From: a virus
Taxonomy: Duplodnaviria > Heunggongvirae > Uroviricota > Caudoviricetes
DNA: 13,284 nucleotides
Direction: 5' to 3' (one strand)
IMG/VR virus record: IMGVR_UViG_2609460221_000004
This document shows positions 1 through 7,819 of this stretch, one piece after another; the stretch's first letter is position 1; each line of letters begins with the position of its first letter. Both the position numbers and the translations under genes were made by a program. Below the pieces are notes generated by a model, which was not told the origin of the DNA, did not search any database, and was given only the letters and a program-made list of their open reading frames with translations.

Positions 1-364
1 GGTTTACGCGGTCGCCTGCGGCAACGGCTTTCCGGCTGATGGTCGTACGGACCTTTTTACCCCGGAGAACACCGGCAAGTCCCATAACCGCCATGAGGCG
101 CGCCACTGTACATCTGGCCACCCTGATTCCTTCCCGTAACAACTGACGCCAGACTTTACGCACACCGTACACCTGATGATTTTCATCGTATACGCGCTGT
201 ATCTCTCTCTTCAGCCAGTCATCGTGCTGCGCACGGGCACTGCGTTTATCCGGATGATGTCGCTGTTGCTGACAATGGTAATACGTTGACGGGGCAATAT
301 GCAGTTCGCTGCATACCGGTCCGACCCCGTACTGCTCACGCAGCTTATCCAGCAGTGGCATCAT
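1..364 (-). CDS. IS3-family transposase OrfB (DDE catalytic subunit), N-terminal 121 codons only; 3' part lies beyond the window start
   Basis: My manual minus-strand translation from 364 downward gives [121 protein letters not shown], open to position 2. The ORF track did not list it because it has no stop inside the window. Confidence 0.8.
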   Translation of the reverse strand, partial: MMPLLDKLREQYGVGPVCSELHIAPSTYYHCQQQRHHPDKRSARAQHDDWLKREIQRVYDENHQVYGVRKVWRQLLREGIRVARCTVARLMAVMGLAGVLRGKKVRTTISRKAVAAGDRVN

Positions 365-687
365 TTTTTCCAGAGGCGGTCGAACTCCGCCTTCGCAAAA
401 TAAGCGGAAGCCTGGCGAAGGATATCGTTACTGCGGCGCAGTTCACGATTTTCACGTTCCAGCTCTTTCAGACGCTGACGTTCAGCGCTGGTGAGCCCAC
501 CATCACCGCCCCCGGTATCCCGCTCATGCTGGCGAACCCAGACACGCAGAGTCTCCGGCGTACAGCCAATCTTTGGGGCAATGGAACAAATTGCCGCCCA
601 CTGTGAGTCATATTCATCCTGACTTTCCAGAACCATACGGACTGCCCGTTGACGGACTTCGGGGGAAAAACGAGTATTTTTAGTCAT
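361..687 (-). CDS. IS3-family transposase OrfA (helix-turn-helix DNA-binding subunit), 108 aa
   Basis: ORF-track translation [30 protein letters not shown]...[36 protein letters not shown] has the leucine-zipper-like C-terminus and is near-identical to IS629 OrfA as I recall it. Its stop TGA overlaps the orfB ATG. Confidence 0.85.
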   Translation of the reverse strand: MTKNTRFSPEVRQRAVRMVLESQDEYDSQWAAICSIAPKIGCTPETLRVWVRQHERDTGGGDGGLTSAERQRLKELERENRELRRSNDILRQASAYFAKAEFDRLWKK

Positions 688-716
688 CCTGTTTACCTCT
701 TTCTCAGGAAGTTTAG

Positions 717-741
717 TCTCCAGGATTCCCGGGGCGGTTCA
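717..741 (-). repeat. Terminal inverted repeat of the IS element (outer end, about 25 bp; exact length not determinable without the other end)
   Basis: Reverse complement of 717-741 begins 5'-TGAACCGCCCCGGGAATCCTGGAGA; it sits 53 nt upstream of the orfA start, consistent with IS629 geometry as I remember it. Confidence 0.55.
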
Positions 742-1342
742 ATATTCTTCATGTTGCCCGCGTTCCATTGCTGGTGGCCTACGGGCTGGACAGGAATGAA
801 GAACTGACGGTTGGTGCATCCACCGCTACGATTTTTGAGGACAGAACAAAAAATGGCCTCGAATATGTTGAACATAGTGGCGCAGCGATAGAATCTGGCG
901 AAACATCACTTGAGAAGCTGGAAAATCAGATGCGTCATGCCGGCGCTAAACTTCTGCGTGCTGAAAATACATCCACCAAATCTGTTGATCAGACTAATGA
1001 AGAGCGAATGCAGGAAAACTCGCCGCTTTATACAATGGCGAACTCCCTCGAAGATGCCCTCGATAATATTCTCCAGATAATGGCGGAATGGATCGGAGAG
1101 AGTTGCGGTGGCAATGTGGATGTGCGCACTGAACTGGATGTATCTGCCAGGTGTTTGACTCATCCTCCGCGCTGGCTGTTCAGTCATTGCGTCAGGGCGG
1201 TGATATACGTCAGATTGATGCGGTTCGGGTGTTGCAGGCGTTGAAATTTATCGATCAGGATTCCCGTCCAGAGGAAGTGATCGATGAATTAAAAAATCAG
1301 AGTGTAATGCTGATGGAAATCAATGATGCAAACCGTGAATGA
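742..1342 (+). pseudogene. 3' remnant of the gene upstream of head morphogenesis (portal-like by position), truncated by the IS insertion and carrying an internal frame change
   Basis: The reading frame is open right up to the IS boundary at 742, so the IS sits inside an ORF. Frame 0 (768-1244) and frame 2 (1151-1342) both look protein-like, and the frame-2 stop TGA overlaps the next gene's start region. The portal assignment rests on gene order (portal, then gp7/F-like, then scaffold, then capsid), not on recognised motifs. Confidence 0.4.
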
Positions 1343-2438
1343 ACGGCTGCGTGATGAATCAATTGCTCATGCAGTCTGGATATCCCGCTATAGCACTGGC
1401 GTGGCTGCCAGAATGGTGAAAATACTGAATGACAGCGATGCGGAACTTACTGCTCGCCTGCTGATAGCACTGGACAGCCTCGATCCAGGTAGTTTTACCG
1501 TTAAGCGCCTGGAGTCACTTCTGGCGAGCGTCAGAGAGGTTAACCGCACTGCTATTAACAGCATGTTTACCAGTCTCTCCGGAGAGCTGAACGAGCTGGC
1601 AATTTATGAGGCTGGTTATCAGTTAAGTCTGTTTGATTCTATGCTACCTGATTTTGTTGCTGATGTTCACCCTCTGGTTGGTATCTCTCCTGATGCACTT
1701 TATGCCGCTGCAATGGCGCGACCATTCCAGGGACGACTGCTCAGTGAGTGGGCCTCAGATCTTGAAGCGGATCGGCTCAGACGCATAACAAATACAGTGC
1801 GTCAGGGTTTTTTGCTGGGGGATACCAATGAGCAGATCGCAAGAAAAATTCGGGGACATGTCAGTAAGGGATTTCAGGATGGTGCATTGCAGATGAGCCG
1901 GGCTAATGCGGCCAGCATTGCAAAAACAGCGGTTGGACATCTTGCTGCTACTGCCCGTGAGAGTTTTGCCAGCGCGAATAATGATTTGATTAAGGGTAAG
2001 CAATGGTTATCAACGCTTGATAATCGTACTACGCCACAATGTCGAATCAGGGATCGCCTCAAATATACGCTGAATAATAAACCTGTAGGTCACAGCGTGC
2101 CTTATTTGCAGGGGCCGGGAAAAATTCATTTCTGCTGCCGCTCAACGGAAACGTTCATTCTGAAATCAGCGAAGGAACTGGGTATTGATGTTCGCGATAT
2201 TTCCCCGGCTGAGCGGGCCAGCATGGATGGCGTGGTGGCCGGAGATACAACCTACAGGGAATGGTTTTTGCGTCAGCCTTACACCAGACAAAAACAGATT
2301 GTGGGGGAAACCCGAGCAAAGCTGATTCGGGATGGTGGTATGTCGCCAGATGAATTTTACACCGATAAAGGCGAATGGCTGACGCTGAAGCAGCTCCGTG
2401 AGCGTGATGCACAGGTATTCAGAAAAGCAGGGATTTAA
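1323..2438 (+). CDS. Phage head morphogenesis protein (SPP1 gp7 / Mu F-like family), 371 aa
   Basis: Size, position immediately after the portal-like gene, and overall resemblance to Mu F-like minor head proteins. The start overlaps the end of the upstream remnant. Family assignment is from memory. Confidence 0.55.
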   Translation: MMQTVNERLRDESIAHAVWISRYSTGVAARMVKILNDSDAELTARLLIALDSLDPGSFTVKRLESLLASVREVNRTAINSMFTSLSGELNELAIYEAGYQLSLFDSMLPDFVADVHPLVGISPDALYAAAMARPFQGRLLSEWASDLEADRLRRITNTVRQGFLLGDTNEQIARKIRGHVSKGFQDGALQMSRANAASIAKTAVGHLAATARESFASANNDLIKGKQWLSTLDNRTTPQCRIRDRLKYTLNNKPVGHSVPYLQGPGKIHFCCRSTETFILKSAKELGIDVRDISPAERASMDGVVAGDTTYREWFLRQPYTRQKQIVGETRAKLIRDGGMSPDEFYTDKGEWLTLKQLRERDAQVFRKAGI

Positions 2439-2458
2439 ATAAATCATTTATTACAACA

Positions 2459-2486
2459 GGCTACCTTCGGGTGGCCNTTTTTTATT
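2459..2486 (+). terminator. Putative intrinsic terminator after the head morphogenesis gene
   Basis: GGCTACC-TTCG-GGTGGCC stem (one G-U wobble) with a UUCG tetraloop, followed by N + TTTTTTATT, 21 nt after the stop. Confidence 0.5.
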
Positions 2487-2543
2487 GCTGCGATCCGGAT
2501 GGTGAGCAGCGTAACTGTCGGAAGACTTAAACCAGGTACTAAT

Positions 2544-3309
2544 ATGAAACTGAAAACGGTCGAGATTAACGGAAAACAATACGCAGAAATTGATACTGCT
2601 GGCCTGCCAGTTTATGTGCACGACGATGGTAAAGAAATTGGCTTCGATGCACCGCTGGCGACNAAAAAAANTTACAGAGCTTAATGGCGAGGCAAAAAAT
2701 CATCGCCTGGCTAAAGAAGCTGCAGAGGAAAAACTGGCTAAGTTTGCCGCTATCGAAGACCCGAAGAAGGCGATCGAGGCACTGGAAATGCTGTCAAAAA
2801 TCGACCAGAAAAAGCTGCTCGATGCGGGACAGGTTGACCAGGTTAAGGCAGAAATTACGAAAAATTTTCAGCAGCAATTAGATGAAGAAAAGCAACGCTC
2901 TCAGATGCTGGAGAAGCAGCTTTACGATTCTATGATTGGCGGTAGTTTTGCGGGTTCAAAATATATTGCCGATAAAATTGCGATCCCGGCAGATTTATTA
3001 CAAGCCCGCTTCGGGCAGGCATTCAAAGTGGAAGAAGGGAGGATCGTTGCTTATGACGCTTCCGGCAACAAAATTTATTCCCGCGCGAAGCCTGGCGAAC
3101 TGGCGCAGTTTGATGAGGCGCTGGAGTTCCTTGTCGAAAATTACCCTCAGAAAGACTACATCCTGAAAGCCAGTGGCAACAATGGCGGCGGCTCCCGTCC
3201 GACACAGCATGATATTGGTCAGAAAACGATGAAACGCTCTGCTTTTGATGCACTGGATGTTGCAGGTAAGCAAAACGCATTGAAAGACGGTATCACAATC
3301 GTTGATTAA
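2544..3309 (+). CDS. Putative head scaffolding protein; apparent +1 frame change at an N-flanked A-run (2663-2671)
   Basis: ATG at 2544 with AGGT 6 nt upstream. The N-terminus MKLKTVEINGKQYAEIDTAGLPVYVHDDGKEIGFDAPLA continues after the acNaaaaaaaNt tract in the next frame as TELNGEAKNHRLAKEAAEEKLAKF... The protein is charged and helical (coiled-coil-like) and sits between the morphogenesis and capsid genes. Confidence 0.5.
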
Positions 3310-3407
3310 CACATTTGTCAGCTTCCGGATGGGAGCTGGTGTCAGGGCTGGATAGCTCATTACTCCATCTATTCACAATTACGCAAATTTTTAAGGAATA
3401 TTTAATT

Positions 3408-4548
3408 ATGGCTGGAAATACCCTGACCGGGTTGATCCCGACTATTTATACCGCCCTGGATGTTGTATCCCGTGAGCAGGTAGGTTTTATCCCTGCGGTA
3501 GCAAAAAACGCAAAAGCTGACGCCGCAGCAAAAGATCAGACGGTAACCGCGCCAGTTGCGCCTGAGGCGAAAACCGAAGATATCGTACCGGGGCCGTCAG
3601 CTCCGAATACCGGTGATCAAAATATTGGCACTGTTGATGTAAAAATTACTAAATCCAAAATGGCACCGGTTAAATGGAATGGTGAAGAACAACTGGCTCT
3701 TGGCCCTTCAGGGACTTACAACACCATTCTGGCTGATCAGTTCAAGCAGGCTTTTCGCGCCCTTGCAAACGAGGTTGAGGCTGATCTTGGTGCGTTGTAT
3801 TTCGGTGCTTCCCGCGCCGTGGGAACCGCAGGGACAACGCCGTTTGGTGTTAAAGATGATCTTTCTGATGCTGCTCTGGCTCGTCAGGTTCTGGAGGATA
3901 ACGGCGCACCGACAACCGATCTGCAGATGGTGCTTGGCTCCACTGCCATTGCTAATTTGCGCGGAAAACAGTCTGTATTGTTTAAAGTGAATGAATCCGG
4001 CACTGAACAGCTACTGCGTGAGGGCGTGTTGGGGCGTCTGGAGGGATTCAATATTCACAGTTCGGCAGGTGTGAAACGAGCGCCAAAGGTTGCTGCAACT
4101 GGTTATCTCGTGAATGGAGAGNAAAAAAGAAGGCGATGTTCTTATTTCCATTGATACTGGTTCGGGGTGTATTTCTGCAGGTCAGATTGTTACGTTCGCT
4201 GGTGATCCGAATCAGTATGTTGTGGCAGCAGCGACCAGCAATCTGATTACTCTTGCAGCGCCCGGACTGCGTCAGGATCTGGCCGATGATACTGCCATCA
4301 CAGTTGTTGGGGCCTTTACTGCAAATATGGCGTTTGATCGCAACGCGTTTCTGCTGGCATCCCGTACTCCGGCAATGCCGGAAGGTGGCGATAATGCTGA
4401 TGATGTAATGAATGTTACGGACCCGATTTCAGGGATTACGTTCCAGATTGCACTGTATCGTCAGTATCGCCAGGTGCGCTATGAAGTTGGACTGGCATGG
4501 GGTGTTTCATCAGTGAAGCCGGCACATGGTTGTCTGATTCTTGGTTAA
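3408..4548 (+). CDS. Putative major capsid protein (about 380 aa if the frame is repaired); apparent +1 frame change at gagNaaaaaag (4122-4128)
   Basis: ATG at 3408 with AAGGA about 10 nt upstream. The two ORF-track pieces (3315-4154 and 4114-4548) join seamlessly as ...YLVNGE(K)KKEGDVLISIDTG... A strong terminator follows. Size and position fit a major capsid gene. Confidence 0.55.
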
Positions 4549-4558
4549 ACATTCAAAC

Positions 4559-4581
4559 GGGGCTTCGGCCCCATTTTTAAT
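4559..4581 (+). terminator. Putative intrinsic terminator after the capsid gene
   Basis: GGGGC-TTCG-GCCCC perfect 5-bp GC stem with a UUCG tetraloop, followed by ATTTTTAAT, 11 nt after the capsid stop. Confidence 0.6.
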
Positions 4582-4590
4582 GGGGGGCAT

Positions 4591-4767
4591 ATGGCCGGAT
4601 TAACTAAAGAGCAAAGAGCACAGCGTGAAGCCGCACAAAAAACGCAAATTGAGTTAGTGGTTATGGTGACCGATTATCAGATGTTTCCCGGCGCACCAAC
4701 TATCGCTAATGTTCATCCTGATGAAGTTGACAACTGGAAGGCTATGGGCTGGAAAACTCAGGAGTAA
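4591..4767 (+). CDS. Small hypothetical protein (58 aa), below the ORF track's length cutoff
   Basis: ATG at 4591 preceded by GGGGGG 3-8 nt upstream. My manual translation is MAGLTKEQRAQREAAQKTQIELVVMVTDYQMFPGAPTIANVHPDEVDNWKAMGWKTQE, with stop TAA at 4765-4767. It fills the gap between the capsid terminator and the next gene, whose RBS lies in its 3' end. Confidence 0.35.
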   Translation: MAGLTKEQRAQREAAQKTQIELVVMVTDYQMFPGAPTIANVHPDEVDNWKAMGWKTQE

Positions 4768-4770
4768 CAC

Positions 4771-5166
4771 ATGATNACTTACGTGACCTGTGATGACGTT
4801 GATAATGCGTTTGGGAACGCCTGGACGAGTGAGAACGCTAAAAATAAAGCTGTTTTAATGGCTAATGCCTGGCTTAATGGCTTCAACCTGAAAATTAACC
4901 CATCCCGTATTCCGGAAGAGGTAAAACTTGCGGGAGCATATGCAGCCAGAATTGCCTCATTCGGTAAGTTGTTTCAGCAGAAAAATGATTCTGGCGTTGT
5001 TATCAGTAAAGCCGTGTCGGCTGACGGGGTCAGTGTATCGAAATCATTTTCTGAGTTGCCAGCAAACAGCACTGCATTGCTTGAACCCGATTTACAGCTT
5101 GCGATAGCACTGCTGAAACCGTACGGACTTAGTCGCTCACAAGTCAGGGTTGTGAGGGGGGGATAA
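4771..5166 (+). CDS. Putative head-tail connector / head completion protein (131 aa)
   Basis: ATG at 4771 with AGGAG 7 nt upstream. First of four similar-sized, translationally coupled small genes between capsid and major tail. There is an N at 4776 in codon 2. Confidence 0.45.
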   Translation: MXTYVTCDDVDNAFGNAWTSENAKNKAVLMANAWLNGFNLKINPSRIPEEVKLAGAYAARIASFGKLFQQKNDSGVVISKAVSADGVSVSKSFSELPANSTALLEPDLQLAIALLKPYGLSRSQVRVVRGG

Positions 5167-5549
5167 TGGGGCTTCGTGAAGAGATTCAGTCAGAGGTTGC
5201 CGCTGCTTTTGATGAGGATTTAGCGGACGCCGTGAGTGATTTTTCTGGTTCTTACGTTACGCACCGGCACTGGGATCCTGTGACGGAAACTGGCGGCGAA
5301 TCCACCGCAATCTATACCGGGCGAGGCGTGTTGACACGTTATAAGCTGGGCAGAATTGATGGGATTAATATTTTGCATGGTGACCTTAAATTAACCGCTC
5401 TGGTATGCGAGGTTACGGATAAACCAGCTGTCGACCATATTATTGAGATTTATGATCCTGTATCAAGGCAGTTACAACGATACGAGGTAATTACAGCAAG
5501 TGTAGATCCTTCCGCATCAGTTTACTCTATCCAGTTAAGGAGAGCGTAA
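5166..5549 (+). CDS. Putative head-tail adaptor / head closure protein (127 aa)
   Basis: TAATG stop-start overlap with the upstream gene; role assigned from position in the head-tail joining module. Confidence 0.4.
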   Translation: MGLREEIQSEVAAAFDEDLADAVSDFSGSYVTHRHWDPVTETGGESTAIYTGRGVLTRYKLGRIDGINILHGDLKLTALVCEVTDKPAVDHIIEIYDPVSRQLQRYEVITASVDPSASVYSIQLRRA

Positions 5550-5930
5550 ATGGCAAAGGCATGGGATATAGAACCGTCAATATTTGCCGGGATGATTGAG
5601 GAAGATGTAGGGCTGAAGATTCGCTACATCGCTATTCAGATTCTTACTGCTATTGATATTGCTGCTCCGGTTGATACCGGACGTTTCAGAAATAACAACC
5701 TGGTGTCGTTACAGCATCCCGATTTTGGTATATCTGATAACGTGGATCCGAACGGTACGATTGCTGTTCAGCGTGGGATCGGGGTTATTTCGAAAGCTGC
5801 AAATTACGGGGTTATTTATATCCAGAATAACCTTCCTTATGCAGAGGCTCTTGAAAACGGTCATTCACAACAAGCGCCAACTGGCGTGTATGCCAACGCT
5901 TTTCATGGTGTTTTACAGGCTTACAAATGA
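5550..5930 (+). CDS. HK97 gp10-like tail/neck component (126 aa)
   Basis: Contains PVDTGRFRNN, which matches the conserved DTGxLRxS-type motif of the HK97 gp10 family as I recall it. AAGGAG RBS; start abuts the upstream stop. Confidence 0.5.
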   Translation: MAKAWDIEPSIFAGMIEEDVGLKIRYIAIQILTAIDIAAPVDTGRFRNNNLVSLQHPDFGISDNVDPNGTIAVQRGIGVISKAANYGVIYIQNNLPYAEALENGHSQQAPTGVYANAFHGVLQAYK

Positions 5931-6319
5931 AGTTTACTGAAATCAGAAATACGGTTATTTCCAGAATGACGGCACAGACGATTATTGATGGAAAAGACGT
6001 ATTGTATCCGAACGGGCCAACGTTCGATCCTTCCGGTAAGTTAATCTGGGCGCGGTTAAGTAATATTCCCGGGCAAGCTGGAGTTAATGAAATTGGCGCG
6101 GGGCCGGTTGTTTATCGCACGGGGATAATCATTATTCAGTTATTTGTCCCCGCAGGTTCTGGTTCAAAACTCATTACTGAGACAGCCGATAAATTGCGGG
6201 AACTGTTTGAGTTTCAGGATGACGATCGTCTCAGTTACCAGGCTGTTTCCTCAATAGCCGTCGGCGAAAAGAATGGCTGGTTCCAGCTTAATCTTCAAAT
6301 TCCATATCGCGCGCTCTAG
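5927..6319 (+). CDS. Putative tail terminator / tail-tube junction protein (130 aa)
   Basis: ATGA overlap with the upstream gene; last small gene before the major tail gene (same position as lambda U). Confidence 0.4.
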   Translation: MKFTEIRNTVISRMTAQTIIDGKDVLYPNGPTFDPSGKLIWARLSNIPGQAGVNEIGAGPVVYRTGIIIIQLFVPAGSGSKLITETADKLRELFEFQDDDRLSYQAVSSIAVGEKNGWFQLNLQIPYRAL

Positions 6320-6345
6320 CGCAATTAATGACATAGGAGGCTCCT

Positions 6346-7296
6346 GTGAGTTCAGGTGCAAAGGTTATCTCGGCATTTATCCGGGAGACAGTTGCAGGCA
6401 CTACGCCAGCAAGTGGTGACTGGAGTTTATTAAAACGCACAAGCTGGGGAGTAAAACCCACCCAGAATAAAGGCGAAAATAATGAGATTGGTGGCTCCCG
6501 GATGGCTCAGGGGGCGACGCCTGGCACTGTGGATGTCGGCGGTGATGTTGGTACCAAATTTCGCTGGGGTCAACATGATGATTTTCTTGCATCCTGTTTC
6601 GGCGCGGAATGGTCAGGCGATTCTCTGACAATGGGGAATGAGCGAATAACATTTTCTCTGGCGACCTATGCGTCCGATGTCGGAATTGCCTCTGTCGTCA
6701 GAGGAGCGCAGGTTGGCTCATGGAAAATGCAGATCCCTAACGACGGCGATATTACAGCGACCGTAACCTTTGCCGGGCTGGGCTGGGAATCAAAGGCCGA
6801 TGATACGAATTTTATCAAAGGCGAACCTGTGGATAGTGCAGGAAAGTTACGCTATTCGTTTAAGGCGGTTTCAGCAGTAAGCCTGAATGGTGTTGCCGGA
6901 GGTAACGGTTTTTGTATCGACAGTTTTGATATTCAGTTCGATAACAAACTCCAGACACAGCGTTGTATCGGGACCGGCTCGCCTTATGCAGGAGCAAATA
7001 TTCCGACTACTTTTACACCGTCCGGTACGGTGACGCTTTCATGGTCTAAAGCCGCGTGGGAAATCTGGAGTAAAACACTGACTGGAGAAACAGTTCCGTT
7101 CAGCTTCACGCTTTCGAATGGAGAGGGGGCATACACTTTCAGTTTCCCGAAGGTTCAGGTGTCAGGTGAATGGCCTGATGGGGGTAATACTGACATTATC
7201 CAGGTTCAATTGAGCATTACCGCAGCAGATGAAGCACCTACGATAACCAGNAAAAAAATGCTCCCCGACTGCCGTGATCGCAAAAGCCAGTGCTGA
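6346..7296 (+). CDS. Major tail (tube) protein, lambda V analogue; C-terminus uncertain because of an N at 7251 before an A7 run
   Basis: GTG start at 6346 with AGGAGG 5 nt upstream. 316 aa, Gly/Thr/Ser-rich and beta-rich, directly upstream of the chaperone genes. Repairing the frame at the A-run gives an alternative end ...KKCSPTAVIAKASADAIS at about 7315. Confidence 0.55.
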   Translation: MSSGAKVISAFIRETVAGTTPASGDWSLLKRTSWGVKPTQNKGENNEIGGSRMAQGATPGTVDVGGDVGTKFRWGQHDDFLASCFGAEWSGDSLTMGNERITFSLATYASDVGIASVVRGAQVGSWKMQIPNDGDITATVTFAGLGWESKADDTNFIKGEPVDSAGKLRYSFKAVSAVSLNGVAGGNGFCIDSFDIQFDNKLQTQRCIGTGSPYAGANIPTTFTPSGTVTLSWSKAAWEIWSKTLTGETVPFSFTLSNGEGAYTFSFPKVQVSGEWPDGGNTDIIQVQLSITAADEAPTITXKKMLPDCRDRKSQC

Positions 7297-7321
7297 TGCG
7301 ATTAGTTGATTTTCCGTTATT

Positions 7322-7348
7322 CCCCCTGTGGTACTGCACTACAGGGGG
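7322..7348. other. GC-rich hairpin between the major tail and chaperone genes
   Basis: CCCCCTGT (7322-7329) pairs with ACAGGGGG (7341-7348) around an 11-nt loop; no U-tract follows. Confidence 0.4.
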
Positions 7349-7369
7349 ACGCATTGAATGAGGTTATGG

Positions 7370-7819
7370 ATGTTTATTCTTAATCAGAAAATTATCATCG
7401 GTGGAGAACGCTGGTTTACGCCAATGAAGGACTTAAAACCTATAGACGGGTTAAAACTGTTGGTGGCAAGCAGCGATAACGATCAGTATCGCTCCCGTAA
7501 TGCATTAATCCGTCGTCACATTGAGAAAATGGATGCCAGTTTGCACGTCGGAACGAAGGAGTTTGATATTTCAAAGGTTTCCGAGGTAGATTCTGTTGAT
7601 GATTTACTCATTGATAATGCTGCTCGTTATCTGCTGAAAGACTGGAAAGGGGTTGGTGAACTGGTTAATGGTGCTGAGGTTGCACTGGAATATACGCCAG
7701 AACGAGGGATCGCGCTGCTTAAGCAGAATCCAGAGTTGTACTGGCAGATCCTTGCAGAAGCAGCCAGCATCGCCCAGGGTAAAGAGCAGCAGAAGCAGGA
7801 TACGATAAAAAAGCCATAG
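7370..7819 (+). CDS. Tail assembly chaperone, lambda G analogue
   Basis: ATG at 7370 with GAGG 6 nt upstream (an alternative ATG is at 7358). Acidic about 150-aa protein between the major tail and tape measure genes, ending ...QDTIKKP with the slippery site A_AAA_AAG in frame. Confidence 0.6.
   Translation: MFILNQKIIIGGERWFTPMKDLKPIDGLKLLVASSDNDQYRSRNALIRRHIEKMDASLHVGTKEFDISKVSEVDSVDDLLIDNAARYLLKDWKGVGELVNGAEVALEYTPERGIALLKQNPELYWQILAEAASIAQGKEQQKQDTIKKP

Larger units (their letters stand above)
1..741 (-). mobile_element. IS3-family insertion sequence, IS629/IS1203-like; partial, the window starts inside the element and its outer end is at 741
   Basis: Contains orfA (361-687) and the N-terminal part of orfB (1-364) in the ATGA-overlap arrangement typical of IS3-family elements. 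The minus-strand terminus reads TGAACCGCCCCGGGAATCCTGGAGACTAAACTTCC..., matching my recollection of the IS629 end and the TG...CA end rule of the family. Confidence 0.75.

Noticed and set aside
4-186. 60-aa minus-strand ORF at the window start
   Set aside because: It is an alternative frame inside transposase orfB; the real orfB frame is open across the whole of 1-364.
286-606. 106-aa + strand ORF inside the IS element
   Set aside because: It lies antisense to the well-supported transposase orfA/orfB, has a TTG start and no RBS. It is the typical spurious antisense ORF of a coding region.
3310-3407. 98-bp gap between scaffold and capsid genes, examined for a promoter or regulatory structure
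   Set aside because: It holds only a weak 5-bp stem (CAGCT...AGCTG) and an A/T-rich leader with AAGGA as RBS. There is no convincing -35/-10 pair, so it looks like an ordinary intergenic leader.
3679-5940. Alternative-frame + strand ORFs 3679-3990 and 5653-5940
   Set aside because: They sit entirely inside the capsid gene and the gp10-like gene in other frames, with hydrophobic, low-complexity translations and no RBS.
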